The notes under the pieces were generated by a model. It did no database searches, was not told the origin of the DNA, and saw only the letters and a program-made list of their open reading frames with translations. Made by a program: the position numbers and the translations under genes. A stretch of DNA of 64,000 bases from Bdellovibrio sp. (lineage in GTDB: Bacteria > Bdellovibrionota > Bdellovibrionia > Bdellovibrionales > Bdellovibrionaceae): contig JAKFBS010000001.1 of NCBI GenBank assembly GCA_036677065.1, forward strand, positions 32,001 to 96,000, in the 5' to 3' direction. Positions 1-9,558 of this stretch are shown piece after piece. How positions within the stretch are numbered: position 1 is the stretch's first letter; each line of letters starts with the position of its first letter.

Positions 1-62
1 CGTAAAATTAGCTCACTGAAGGGTTGACTCGACTAAGCCTTAAAAGGCTTAATTAAAGGAGT

Positions 63-827
63 ATGTTTTTACTTCGCCTGAGTCTCATCATCTTTTTGTT
101 TTCATCATGCAAATCGCTTTTTAGTAGCGATCGTTCTGAAGAACGTGCACAATTACGCCAACAATTGGGTGTTTCGTATATGCAGCAAGGCAACTACCCC
201 CTAGCTTTAAAAGAATTATTAGCCGCCGAAGAATTAGATCCAGAAAATCCGCAAATCCAAAATAATTTAGGCATGCTGTATTTCGTGCGCGATAAATTAG
301 AACTTTCGGCAAAACACTTTGCACGCGCTTATGAATTAGATAAAAAATTTACCGATGCTAAAAATAATTTGGCTCGCGTTTATATCGAATTAAAACAATT
401 TGCCATCGCCCAACGTCTACTTGAAGAAGTATTGGCAGATCTAACTTATCAATTTCAGATTAAAGCTGATATGAATTACGGTTTATTAGAATTTAACCGT
501 AGTCGATTTAAAGAAGCTAAAAAACATTTCAAAAAAGTTTTAATGCAAGATCGTGAAGATTGTTTCGCGCAAGTTTTTCTTGGACGCTCGTTTTTAGAAC
601 TTAAAGAAAACAGAGCTGCCGTCGACCAATTAGAAAAGGCGACAACATTTTGCAAAATGGTAGGTATTGACGATGCTCATTATTTTTCAGCTATTGCTTT
701 ATACCGCACTGGCGACAAAGACCAATCTTTGGTTCGCTTTAAAGAACTTTTAAATTTATTTCCTCAAGCAAAATATAGAGAACAATCAAAAAAAATGATC
801 GACATCATCGAAAAAGGAACACTATGA
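63..827 (+). CDS. pilF: TPR lipoprotein, type IV pilus secretin pilotin PilF/PilW/Tgl-like
   Basis: Lipobox-like FSSC after a hydrophobic N-terminus; TPR repeats (QLGVSYMQQGNY, NNLGMLY, NNLARVY); upstream of rodZ as in the conserved pilF-rodZ order; AAGGAG SD. Confidence 0.7.
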   Translation: MFLLRLSLIIFLFSSCKSLFSSDRSEERAQLRQQLGVSYMQQGNYPLALKELLAAEELDPENPQIQNNLGMLYFVRDKLELSAKHFARAYELDKKFTDAKNNLARVYIELKQFAIAQRLLEEVLADLTYQFQIKADMNYGLLEFNRSRFKEAKKHFKKVLMQDREDCFAQVFLGRSFLELKENRAAVDQLEKATTFCKMVGIDDAHYFSAIALYRTGDKDQSLVRFKELLNLFPQAKYREQSKKMIDIIEKGTL

Positions 828-1810
828 AAATCACCGGCGAATTGCTGAAGTCAGAAAGAATCAAAAAAGACTTATCCATTCAAGATGTAGCTTACGCATT
901 AAAACTAAGCTCTCGCATTATTCAAGCTATCGAAAATGGCGACACTGATGAACTTCCTGCAAAAACTTTCGTACGTGGATTTGTTAAGAGTTATGCTGAT
1001 TACTTAAAAATTGATAGCGATGTCGTATTAAAACAATTTCAAGAAGAAATGGGATCAACGCACCCGGTTCCCAAAACAATCGCTGCGCCCGTTGGACAAA
1101 CAACTGAACCTACAACACCTATGCCTAATAGTTCAAAAGTAGCTTTCAGACAAAATGTTGAATCAATTAACGGCAAAAAAATGGAAGGTGGCTTAACTCA
1201 AAAGAATGTAATTTATTTTGCAGTTGTCACAAGTTTGGTTATCGTCATTGCCATTATTAATAAAGTTGCTAATCATTATCAAAACGAAATACCGCAAGTC
1301 ACCGACGCTTCTGCTGATGGCGTACCTGTTAACACAGAAGCTGTCGTAGCTTCTTCGCCTTCAGTCGTATCGGCTGAAACAGTTCCTAACGACATCGTTA
1401 GCGCACTAAGTTCTTCTAGCACAATCACTGGTGGTGTTGATATCGAAGCTACTGCAACGGCATCTGCAACAACTGCCGTAACTAGTACAAAACCGGCAAT
1501 CGCCGCTTCTGCTGCAGCGACTGCTCCGGTTAATAATCAACCGCAAAATACTGCGGCGGCTGAAAAATCTAAAGGCCAATCGGTTGAAGTGCTTATTGAA
1601 GCAAAAAAAGACGCTTATATTGATTACGCAAAAGGTAATACTTCTGATTTTAAACGCTTAACTTTAAAAGCAAACACTTATCAAATTTTAAAATCAAAAG
1701 TCGGCTTACACCTGCGCGCTGCTGATGGCAGCGCCGTAAGCATTACAGTAAATGGTGTTAGTAAAGGGCAAATGTCTAACGCGAATAAGTTCGTCGAGAT
1801 GACATTCTAA
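824..1810 (+). CDS. rodZ: RodZ-like cytoskeletal protein (HTH, TM, low-complexity linker, DUF4115-like C-terminus)
   Basis: GELLKSER...IENGD..LP..FVRGFVKSYADYL HTH signature; single TM; C-terminal AVSITVNG. Confidence 0.8.
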   Translation: MKITGELLKSERIKKDLSIQDVAYALKLSSRIIQAIENGDTDELPAKTFVRGFVKSYADYLKIDSDVVLKQFQEEMGSTHPVPKTIAAPVGQTTEPTTPMPNSSKVAFRQNVESINGKKMEGGLTQKNVIYFAVVTSLVIVIAIINKVANHYQNEIPQVTDASADGVPVNTEAVVASSPSVVSAETVPNDIVSALSSSSTITGGVDIEATATASATTAVTSTKPAIAASAAATAPVNNQPQNTAAAEKSKGQSVEVLIEAKKDAYIDYAKGNTSDFKRLTLKANTYQILKSKVGLHLRAADGSAVSITVNGVSKGQMSNANKFVEMTF

Positions 1811-1814
1811 TATA

Positions 1815-3143
1815 GTGTTACAAAAACGAATTCTTAATCTCCTTGCTATTGTCTTATTTATCAAGCTAGTTTTTGCATTGATATTTCCATTAGTCGGCGA
1901 CGAGGCTTATTACTGGTTCTGGGGTCAAAACTTACAACTGAGTTATTTCGATCATCCTGGCATGGTGGCTTGGCTTGCCAGCTTAAGTGATTATTTGCCC
2001 GTTACTCCTAAATGGGCGGCAACTCGTTTAGTATTCGTTGCTTTAAGTATGGTTACTTTTTATGTCTGGCTAAAAGTTTTTATCCAGCACAGACAACACA
2101 GTAAAAATCTCTTACATGAATTAAATATTTTCACGATTTTCTTTATGCTAAATCCATTTCTGGGTTTAGGAAGTGTCTTAATTACTCCTGATGCTCCTTT
2201 ATTGCTATTCTGGGGTTTATCTTCATACTTTGTTTTAAAGATTCTTCGCGAACAAAAATCTGTGCATTACGCTCTATTGGGTATAAGTCTTGGGTTGGGT
2301 TTCTGTTCGAAATACCATATCGTGCTTTTTCCATTAGTTACAATTGTGGCCCTGTACTTTGAAAAAAATCTTAAAGTTTTCTTTTCTAAAAAAACTCTGA
2401 TCACGGTCCTGTTTGGATTATTGTTTTGTCTGCCTGTCTTGATTTGGAATTATCAAAATGACTTTGTGTCTTTTAAATTTCAGCTTAATCATGGTTTAAA
2501 TGAGGCAAAGCCTTACCAGTTTTGGTGGACTTCGACTTATGTGCTAGGTCAGATTTTACTTTTTAATCCAATCCTGGTGTTTGCATTGCTTTTTAATTTC
2601 AAAAAATCTCTTTTTAATATCAGTGCTTTAGCGCAATGGGCATTTTTTCTTTACAGTTCTTTTAAAGCCAAAGTTGAAGCTAATTGGCCCCAGACTTCGC
2701 ACGTTTTAGGTCTGATTGATTTAGATGTAACCCGTAAAAAAATTATTCGTTATTCGCTTTTATACTATGCTGTAATCTGGCTGGCGATTCCGATATTATT
2801 TTTTACTGATTTCGGTAAAAATAAAATTGCCAGGCTGCCAACCAGCCTAACTGTTAATGAAATAGCGCCCGAACTGCAAAAATACCAGCCTCTTTACGGT
2901 CCAACATTTCAGATGTCTTCTTTATTAACCTTACTTACAGACATGCCAGTTTATAAATTACATGGTTTAAGCCGCTATGATTTTTTTGATTCACTGCCAG
3001 GATCACACCCAACTGCACCGTCTTTTTATGTCTTAAAGTACACCTCTTCACCCTGGCCTCTGTTTTATGAAAACTATAGCAAAACTAAAGTCTCAGAGTT
3101 TCCAAAATTTAATTTAGAAGTGTTCGAATTTCGCCATGAATAG
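1815..3143 (+). CDS. GT-C fold glycosyltransferase (ArnT/PMT_2, GT39/GT83-like)
   Basis: DEAYYW, SYFDHPG, TPDAPL and SKY motifs; many TM helices; GTG start. Confidence 0.85.
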   Translation: MLQKRILNLLAIVLFIKLVFALIFPLVGDEAYYWFWGQNLQLSYFDHPGMVAWLASLSDYLPVTPKWAATRLVFVALSMVTFYVWLKVFIQHRQHSKNLLHELNIFTIFFMLNPFLGLGSVLITPDAPLLLFWGLSSYFVLKILREQKSVHYALLGISLGLGFCSKYHIVLFPLVTIVALYFEKNLKVFFSKKTLITVLFGLLFCLPVLIWNYQNDFVSFKFQLNHGLNEAKPYQFWWTSTYVLGQILLFNPILVFALLFNFKKSLFNISALAQWAFFLYSSFKAKVEANWPQTSHVLGLIDLDVTRKKIIRYSLLYYAVIWLAIPILFFTDFGKNKIARLPTSLTVNEIAPELQKYQPLYGPTFQMSSLLTLLTDMPVYKLHGLSRYDFFDSLPGSHPTAPSFYVLKYTSSPWPLFYENYSKTKVSEFPKFNLEVFEFRHE

Positions 3144-4317
3144 AATATTTTTAATTCTTACGTTTCTGTTGATTTCATTTGTCGTTTACGGCTTTTATAT
3201 TTCACAATTCGAGTTTCGCATTATTCCAATCACGGCAAAAAACGAAGGGCAAGCCACTTTCTTATATGACTACAAGATTGCTTTCGATGTTTATTCAAAT
3301 CTATCTTCAGGCTCAGGAAGTGTGCTTTCAATTGCAGAAGAAGCCAAAAAAGCGCGCTTAGATTTTGTATTAATCTCTAACACCAATAGTTTTTATGATT
3401 TAGATACTGATAAGTATTTATCAGATATTGGTATTTTATCTGGCGCTAAGGTTTTCGACGGCAAAAGATTATTTATCTATTATTCTCCAACAGAAAAGTC
3501 TTTCTTTCAAAAAACGTCTGCAGATTATGCCAATGATGATAAGGCTTTAATTATTGAATCGCATCAGATCAATACTCCCTATGAGCTATCGCAATTAACT
3601 GAAAATAAATTTGATGGCTTGGAAGTGCTAAATTTTAAAAGTATTGCACAAAAATCATGGATTGAATCTCGTATATCTACTATGTGGAGCTTATTGTATT
3701 ACCCCTTCAATCCCCGTTTGGCGTTAACCCGGCTATACAAAGAGCCTTCTGCTGAAATTGCAGTTTTCGACCAATTATCACAATTAAAAAAAGTTAACTT
3801 TTTTGTCGGCGCAGAAGCTACGGCGCGTGCGATTCCATTTGCGGACTGGTTAGTTAAATTTCCAAGTTATGAAATGAGTTTCAATATCGCAAGCCAACAT
3901 GTTTTTTTAACTTCTGAACTAACAGGAGACATTGGTAACGATGCCCAAAAAATCCTTACCGCCCTTAAGCGTGGCCACTCCTATGTGGCCTTTGATGCCT
4001 TAGGTGATCCGACTGGCTTTGAAACTTATATTACAGAAAATCGTAAAAAGTTTTTTACCGGTGATGATATTGTTTTTACAAAAAATTTACGACTATATTA
4101 TAAGCTACCTGCAGAGCCGATTCCATTCTACGAAGTGGTGCTTTTTAAAAATGGTCAGCGTATCGACCACTTAAATACTTTTGAAGGTTTGTTTGCTATT
4201 GATTCGCCGGGTGTCTACCGAATTCAAGTGCGCTTAAGTCCGACGTTTCCGCTACCTGATGCAACCAAGTGGATTACCTGGGTGTACACCAATAATTTCT
4301 ACGTTAATCCTCGCTAG
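3136..4317 (+). CDS. Membrane-anchored PHP-fold-like protein with apparently degenerate metal ligands
   Basis: N-terminal TM; SGSG...AKKARLDFVLIS, DGLEVLN, ALKRGHSY and C-terminal W.YTN resemble PHP/CehA-McbA family proteins. Confidence 0.5.
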   Translation: MNRIFLILTFLLISFVVYGFYISQFEFRIIPITAKNEGQATFLYDYKIAFDVYSNLSSGSGSVLSIAEEAKKARLDFVLISNTNSFYDLDTDKYLSDIGILSGAKVFDGKRLFIYYSPTEKSFFQKTSADYANDDKALIIESHQINTPYELSQLTENKFDGLEVLNFKSIAQKSWIESRISTMWSLLYYPFNPRLALTRLYKEPSAEIAVFDQLSQLKKVNFFVGAEATARAIPFADWLVKFPSYEMSFNIASQHVFLTSELTGDIGNDAQKILTALKRGHSYVAFDALGDPTGFETYITENRKKFFTGDDIVFTKNLRLYYKLPAEPIPFYEVVLFKNGQRIDHLNTFEGLFAIDSPGVYRIQVRLSPTFPLPDATKWITWVYTNNFYVNPR

Positions 4318-4660
4318 GATTGGCGATAATAATTTCGATATCAGTTGCTGGAGTTTCAGGAATTTCAACTTGGCAGGCTAATCTTTCATTGTCTGCAAAA
4401 CCTCTTTCATGTGCACGTTCAGCTTCTAATTCTTCGCGAGGTTTTAAAGTTTCAAGCCCTTTTGTCACGATAATTCGGCACGTTGTACAGCTGGCAAAAC
4501 CGCCACACGACTGACTAATGCCAATTTTGTTAGCGTTTAATAAGTCCAATAAATTTTCTGTTTGTTTAAGTTCGATTTCAGCAACAACGCCTAATTTCGC
4601 ATCGTTGTATTTTAAAACTGTCAGTGTTTTTGTTGATACGCCCACACCTATATGTAACAT
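4304..4660 (-). CDS. 2Fe-2S ferredoxin (adrenodoxin/Fdx type)
   Basis: CGGFASCTTC...RLACQ motif; real start likely ATG 4660 or GTG 4645, not 4912. Confidence 0.85.
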   Translation of the reverse strand: MLHIGVGVSTKTLTVLKYNDAKLGVVAEIELKQTENLLDLLNANKIGISQSCGGFASCTTCRIIVTKGLETLKPREELEAERAHERGFADNERLACQVEIPETPATDIEIIIANPSED

Positions 4661-4667
4661 ATATTGT

Positions 4668-5279
4668 ATGAGATTTATAGCTTTTGACTTAGAAACTACT
4701 GGAACTGTACCTGGCGTAGATAAAATTGTAGAAATCGGTGCCGTACTTATCGATAACGGCCAAGTAGAAGCCGTTTTTTCAACTTTAATTAATCCGTTAA
4801 TTCCGATTCCTCCTGGAGCAACTGCGGTGAATAAAATCACTAATGAAATGGTTGCCGGTAAACCCTTAATCGAAGACGTATTAAATTCATTCGCTGAATT
4901 TTGCGGTAACAATGTGATGGTGGCTCACAATGCACCGTTTGACTGTCAGTTCTTAGTTGCAGATATCAAACGATTTGAATCGTTAGCTCCACAAGGCGTA
5001 GTTGTAGATACATTACCAATGGCTCGTAAACTTATCCCGGGGTTAGCAAATTATAAATTAGGAACTTTAGTACAGCATTTCAAAGTTCAAGCTTCTGAAT
5101 TTCACAGAGCAGAAGAAGATGCGACTTATTGCGGAATGGTTTTCTGGGAAATGGTTAAACGTTTATCTGTAGGTAATCGCGCCCCACAAATTGAAAATTT
5201 AATTCAGTTAACTGGCAAGACTGAATTCAAATTTCCGCAAATTGAACGTCAGCCTAAACAAATGGGTTTCTTATTTTAA
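4668..5279 (+). CDS. DEDDh 3'-5' exonuclease (DNA polymerase III epsilon-like)
   Basis: FDLETTG, AHNAPFD and HRAEED motifs; start reassigned to ATG 4668 (MRFIAFD). Confidence 0.9.
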   Translation: MRFIAFDLETTGTVPGVDKIVEIGAVLIDNGQVEAVFSTLINPLIPIPPGATAVNKITNEMVAGKPLIEDVLNSFAEFCGNNVMVAHNAPFDCQFLVADIKRFESLAPQGVVVDTLPMARKLIPGLANYKLGTLVQHFKVQASEFHRAEEDATYCGMVFWEMVKRLSVGNRAPQIENLIQLTGKTEFKFPQIERQPKQMGFLF

Positions 5280-6899
5280 TTATTCTTTAGCCTTATGGGC
5301 GATCGGATAACGACGTCCACGTCCGAATGAATGCTCCGACATTTTTAAAATCGGCGGAGCCTGCCATCTTTTAAATTCAGTTTTCATCAATTGCTTAATC
5401 AGCCATTTTTCGGTTTCAGACTTAGCCTGTTTTTTCTTCTCAACGATATTTTGAACTGCTTTATCCAGCAATTCATACGCTGGTAGACTGTCTTGATCTT
5501 TTTGATCAGGGCGTAATTCTGCACTTGGCGGCCTACGGATAATAAAATCAGGAATGATTTCAATTTCTTTATTGTAGTGTTCGCAAAGATCTACGATTTG
5601 TTTTTTTGTTAAATCACCTAATGGTGCAAGCCCACCGCACATGTCTCCGTAAAGAGTCGCATAGCCTGTGGCATATTCTGATTTATTTCCCGTCGTTAAT
5701 AATAAACTTCCGGTAAAGTTTGAATAAGCCATCAAAAATAAACCACGGATGCGTGATTGCAGATTTTCGTGCATTAGTCCAAATTGTGGAACTTCAAATT
5801 CTTCATCTAAAATCGTTTTGATAAATTCGAATGTCGATTGAATAGAAATCGATTTTAATTCAGAACCTAAGTTTAAAGCTAATTGCCTAGCATAGATCAT
5901 GCTTAATTCAGCATTGTACTGAGTTGGTAGCGCGAAAAGCTTAACATTGTTTGAACCAAATGCGTCTACTGCAAGGGCCGCCACTAAAGCTGAATCAATA
6001 CCGCCTGATAAACCTAAATGAACTTTATTAACACCAATTTTTTGGCCGTAATCTTTTAATCCAAGAACTAAAGCTTTTCTTAATTCTTCAGTTGGAGAAT
6101 CAAACTTATGGCTTGGACTCCACGTTTCTAACGTATTTAGATCAATAACATTCGTATCTTCGGCAAAAGATTGCGCTTTAAATAAAATTTTATCTTTTGG
6201 CGAAACTAAGAAACTTTGTCCATCGTAAACAATTTCATCCTGAGCACCGACTAAATTTACATATAATAACGGCGCTTTAAAGTACTTTGCTGTTTGCGTG
6301 GCTACAAATTGGCGTTTTTTAAATTTGCCAGTGTGAAACGGCGAAGCACTCATATTGATGACTAAATCGATTTTCTTTTTTGGTACTTTTAAAATTGGAT
6401 TTTCTTTATAATCAGAGCCTTCTTTTGTTGGCCAGGCCCACATATCTTCGCAAATGGTTAAGAAAAACTTTTTCTTTCCTATTTGAAAGTAGTTTTGCTT
6501 CATATCACCTTGTTCAATAAAGCGGGCTTCATCAAATACATCACCTGTCGGCAGTAATTGTTTTCTGAATGTTTTAACGATTTTATTTTTCTTACATAAA
6601 AAGACCGAATTAAAATACGGACGGCCTTTTTTATTTTTGTTTTTTTCAAAACCACCAACTAGAACATGCACACCTGTCGGAATCGCTTTTAATATTTGTT
6701 TTAACGCCTTGTTTTGCTGGGTGATTAAAACTTCGCGTTCTAATAAATCAAACGGGTGGTAACCGAAAAGCGAAGCCTCTGGAAAGACAATGAGTTCCGC
6801 TTTTTTTTCAGCCAGGGTTTTAATATGAGAAATGATTTTTTCGGCGTTGTGGCCGAAATCTGCTAGATTTGAATTAATTTGTGATAGGGCTATGCGCAT
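5280..6899 (-). CDS. nadE: Glutamine-dependent NAD+ synthetase
   Basis: N-terminal CN-hydrolase domain (FPE, K, ICED) plus SGGIDS, NLQSRIR, TGNKSE, PPSAEL; start at MRIALSQ (6899). Confidence 0.95.
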   Translation of the reverse strand: MRIALSQINSNLADFGHNAEKIISHIKTLAEKKAELIVFPEASLFGYHPFDLLEREVLITQQNKALKQILKAIPTGVHVLVGGFEKNKNKKGRPYFNSVFLCKKNKIVKTFRKQLLPTGDVFDEARFIEQGDMKQNYFQIGKKKFFLTICEDMWAWPTKEGSDYKENPILKVPKKKIDLVINMSASPFHTGKFKKRQFVATQTAKYFKAPLLYVNLVGAQDEIVYDGQSFLVSPKDKILFKAQSFAEDTNVIDLNTLETWSPSHKFDSPTEELRKALVLGLKDYGQKIGVNKVHLGLSGGIDSALVAALAVDAFGSNNVKLFALPTQYNAELSMIYARQLALNLGSELKSISIQSTFEFIKTILDEEFEVPQFGLMHENLQSRIRGLFLMAYSNFTGSLLLTTGNKSEYATGYATLYGDMCGGLAPLGDLTKKQIVDLCEHYNKEIEIIPDFIIRRPPSAELRPDQKDQDSLPAYELLDKAVQNIVEKKKQAKSETEKWLIKQLMKTEFKRWQAPPILKMSEHSFGRGRRYPIAHKAKE

Positions 6900-7290
6900 G
6901 GTGGTCCTCACATTGGGCAGCATCTTGTTCAGATATTAGAATACGCCCTGTGAAGCCATCTTGGTAGCCATGTTGAAACAAAATTTTTGTTTCAGGAAAT
7001 TTCCAGCAAAAATAGCCCGATCCGTTATCAAAATCAGCAAGCCACAACCCCTTAGGGCGTAAACCTAAGCGCTCAAGTTTGTTTTGCCATTTTTCAATGA
7101 TTTGATTGATACGAGTCTGAAGTTCGCGCGACGAATCGTTGTGCTTATCTTGTAAGGCCTCAACACAGCCCATTAGATATTTCACTTCTTTGCTTGAATC
7201 TTCAGTAATACGGTAAACTAGGGGTAGAATTTCTTCTGCTTCCGCATATGTGAATAATCTGTTTTTTTGAACGTTGAAAATCTCGATCAA
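6874..7290 (-). CDS. DUF2203-like conserved protein
   Basis: FTYAEAEEILP N-terminus; L.DF...YFCWKFPE..I...HGYQDGFTGR C-terminus. Confidence 0.75.
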   Translation of the reverse strand: MIEIFNVQKNRLFTYAEAEEILPLVYRITEDSSKEVKYLMGCVEALQDKHNDSSRELQTRINQIIEKWQNKLERLGLRPKGLWLADFDNGSGYFCWKFPETKILFQHGYQDGFTGRILISEQDAAQCEDHHAHSPITN

Positions 7291-7391
7291 TTTGTGTCCC
7301 CTGCCAGAAATTTATCTCTCTTTTATTTGTCATCTGAGATAAAGTTTCAACAAGGAAAACTGTGATTGTATATTATATAGTGACTAAAAAG

Positions 7392-8369
7392 TTAGCTGTC
7401 AGAATTCGAGTAATTCATGAGCTGGCCTCCGAAGAAAATAACCAGGGCCACAATAATACCGATAATCAAAAGCCACTTCAGCATTTGGCCAAAACCCCAG
7501 CTTGATTCTTTTATTTCTTCGACTATGATTTTCTTCTCTGGAGGTTGCTTCATCAGACCTGAACGTGGACCACTGGAGCCACCACCATCGGCTTTAGCAA
7601 TCGCTCTTGCAGTAACCTTACGTTTGTTCGTACTGCGCGTAGATTGGTTCACCAGCTGCTCTGCGTCTTGCCCTAAGAGCTTGCGCGTACGTGAACTGTC
7701 TCTGTAAATAATACGCGATTCGCGCGGCCTACGCTTACGACCTTTACCACCAGCTTCGTCGCCTTCGCTGTCATCTTCAATTAATCTAGAACGATTAGAA
7801 CCTGCGCTAGCATAGCCATCTGCACCTCTGCGGCCTGATCGTTTGATCTGGCCTTCGTCATACGGAGAACTTCCGCTACCGCCGCCCTTACCTACGGCAT
7901 CCTTATCTTTATCTGCACCGCCATCTTTGGAAGACTTACTGCTTGCGCTGTCGGATGCATTCGTTGAATTGTCATCAGATTTTGATCCAGATTTGCCACC
8001 GCTATTTTGACTGCCTTGATTGCTGGTGCTGCCACCGACTGGCGGACGACCCTCAGCAATTGTAAAGGGTTTAAATCCTGATTCACATTTGTATGCAGAA
8101 GTTAAATGTTCTTTTAATCCACTGCCATCACTAAAACTTGCCGAGCCAGAGACACCTAATGCGGGTAGCTCGCCATGCGCCATTAAACATTCAGTATACA
8201 AACCTAAATAATTATTTATGAAGGTGTTCATTCCAGTGAACGCACCTTTCATAATAACAATCAGCCCCACTGCAATTGACACAATTAAAATGTATTCGAC
8301 GACGGCCTGGCCACTATTGCGACCACGCAAAATCGAACGTCTTGTTTTTACTTCTAGCTCTTGTTTCAC
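7392..8369 (-). CDS. Flp/TadE-like prepilin-domain protein with disordered G/S/D/K-rich region and C-terminal TM
   Basis: GQAVVEYILIV class III signal-like motif followed by a hydrophobic helix; C-terminal WLLIIGIIVALVIFFGG. Confidence 0.6.
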   Translation of the reverse strand: MKQELEVKTRRSILRGRNSGQAVVEYILIVSIAVGLIVIMKGAFTGMNTFINNYLGLYTECLMAHGELPALGVSGSASFSDGSGLKEHLTSAYKCESGFKPFTIAEGRPPVGGSTSNQGSQNSGGKSGSKSDDNSTNASDSASSKSSKDGGADKDKDAVGKGGGSGSSPYDEGQIKRSGRRGADGYASAGSNRSRLIEDDSEGDEAGGKGRKRRPRESRIIYRDSSRTRKLLGQDAEQLVNQSTRSTNKRKVTARAIAKADGGGSSGPRSGLMKQPPEKKIIVEEIKESSWGFGQMLKWLLIIGIIVALVIFFGGQLMNYSNSDS

Positions 8370-8377
8370 CTATGAAC

Positions 8378-8404
8378 TTATCGGATGATTAGTTCAATTG
8401 GTGA
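8378..8404 (-). promoter_or_regulatory. sigma28 (FliA)-like promoter
   Basis: Minus strand TCAC-N15-TCCGATAA, ending 8 nt before the GTG start at 8369; -35 is weak. Confidence 0.45.
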
Positions 8405-8409
8405 AAAAT

Positions 8410-9558
8410 ATGAGACGATTTTTATTAGGTTTTTCTAGCAGTATTTGTTTAATTTGTATCAATATGGCACACGCACAGTCTGGTTCGGCGCCCCCCTCAG
8501 CAACTCCGCCTGTACAAGTCACGGTTCCGACCTTTAATCCGGGCAGTCCCCAAGGAGTTCAACAGCCTATTCAAAATGGAACCTCTGGTGCTCCGGCTAC
8601 TGGCGCAGCTGCTCCGATAGGAAAATATTACGAATATCTTTCGTATTGCCGCCAACCTTTAGAATTTAAAAATCCATTATCAGATACAGACTTTGCAATG
8701 GCGCTTGAACCATTTAAAACAACATTCAACAGCAAAAAAACTTTTCCAAATTTAGAATCTATGGTTGATTTTCTGATCAACGAAACACGTACAAAAGAAG
8801 CACGCGCAGTCGTTATTGAAAATAAATCTTTGTTAACCGTGGCTCAGGACAAAGCTTTACAGGCACGAATTCTTATTGCTGACCGCAAATATCGCGAAGC
8901 AATTACTGTTTTAGATTCGGTGCCTGACGAAGGCAAAAATGATTTGCTTGTACTGGTCGAATACTCGCGTGCTTATCGCAAGATAGATAATTTATTCGAA
9001 GCCAAAAGCGCTCTACAAGATGCTATTAAAGTCGATAAAAAACATGGCAACAAATACCTTTTAGATTTATGTATTTTAGAGACTGAAGACTCAAATCACG
9101 CTGAAGTTGACGTGGTTTGCGCGAAAGTTTCAAAGATTTTTCCTAAAGATTATTTATCTTTGATTTACATGGGAATTTCACTTCGCGAGAGACTCAATTA
9201 CAAAGAGGCACAGAAATTATTTGAACGTTCAGCGCAGATTGAAAAGAACGAATTTGCACTATCTTGCTTAGGTGAAGTTTTTTATTTACAGAAAAATTTT
9301 GGTAAGGCGATTGAATCTTTTAAAGCTGCCACAAACATTGAATCTAAATCCGGGCGCGCTCAATTAGGTGCTGCACAATCTTTATATCAATTGCTTCGTT
9401 ATGACGAGGCTTTGCCATATTACATTAAAGCCTGTCAGCTTGATAAGTCGTCAGCGACTAGGTTTCGTGAGGCCCAGCAGCCTCTAGAAGCCGCGAAACT
9501 AAAGGTTTCTACGGCTTACTACCAGGGCATCCAGCAATGCGGTGGCATTCGTTATTAA
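8410..9558 (+). CDS. Exported TPR-repeat protein
   Basis: Signal peptide (AHA), Pro/Gly-rich linker, several TPRs; start likely ATG 8410. Confidence 0.7.
   Translation: MRRFLLGFSSSICLICINMAHAQSGSAPPSATPPVQVTVPTFNPGSPQGVQQPIQNGTSGAPATGAAAPIGKYYEYLSYCRQPLEFKNPLSDTDFAMALEPFKTTFNSKKTFPNLESMVDFLINETRTKEARAVVIENKSLLTVAQDKALQARILIADRKYREAITVLDSVPDEGKNDLLVLVEYSRAYRKIDNLFEAKSALQDAIKVDKKHGNKYLLDLCILETEDSNHAEVDVVCAKVSKIFPKDYLSLIYMGISLRERLNYKEAQKLFERSAQIEKNEFALSCLGEVFYLQKNFGKAIESFKAATNIESKSGRAQLGAAQSLYQLLRYDEALPYYIKACQLDKSSATRFREAQQPLEAAKLKVSTAYYQGIQQCGGIRY

Noticed and set aside
4661..4912. N-terminal extensions of ORFs 4304..4912 (-) and 4518..5279 (+)
   Set aside because: Each extension is the antisense shadow of the other gene; recognisable domains start at about 4660 and 4668
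7355..7385. TGTATATTAT resembling the core of a dif site
   Set aside because: XerC and XerD arms match poorly; better explained as a minus-strand TATAAT -10 for the DUF2203-nadE genes
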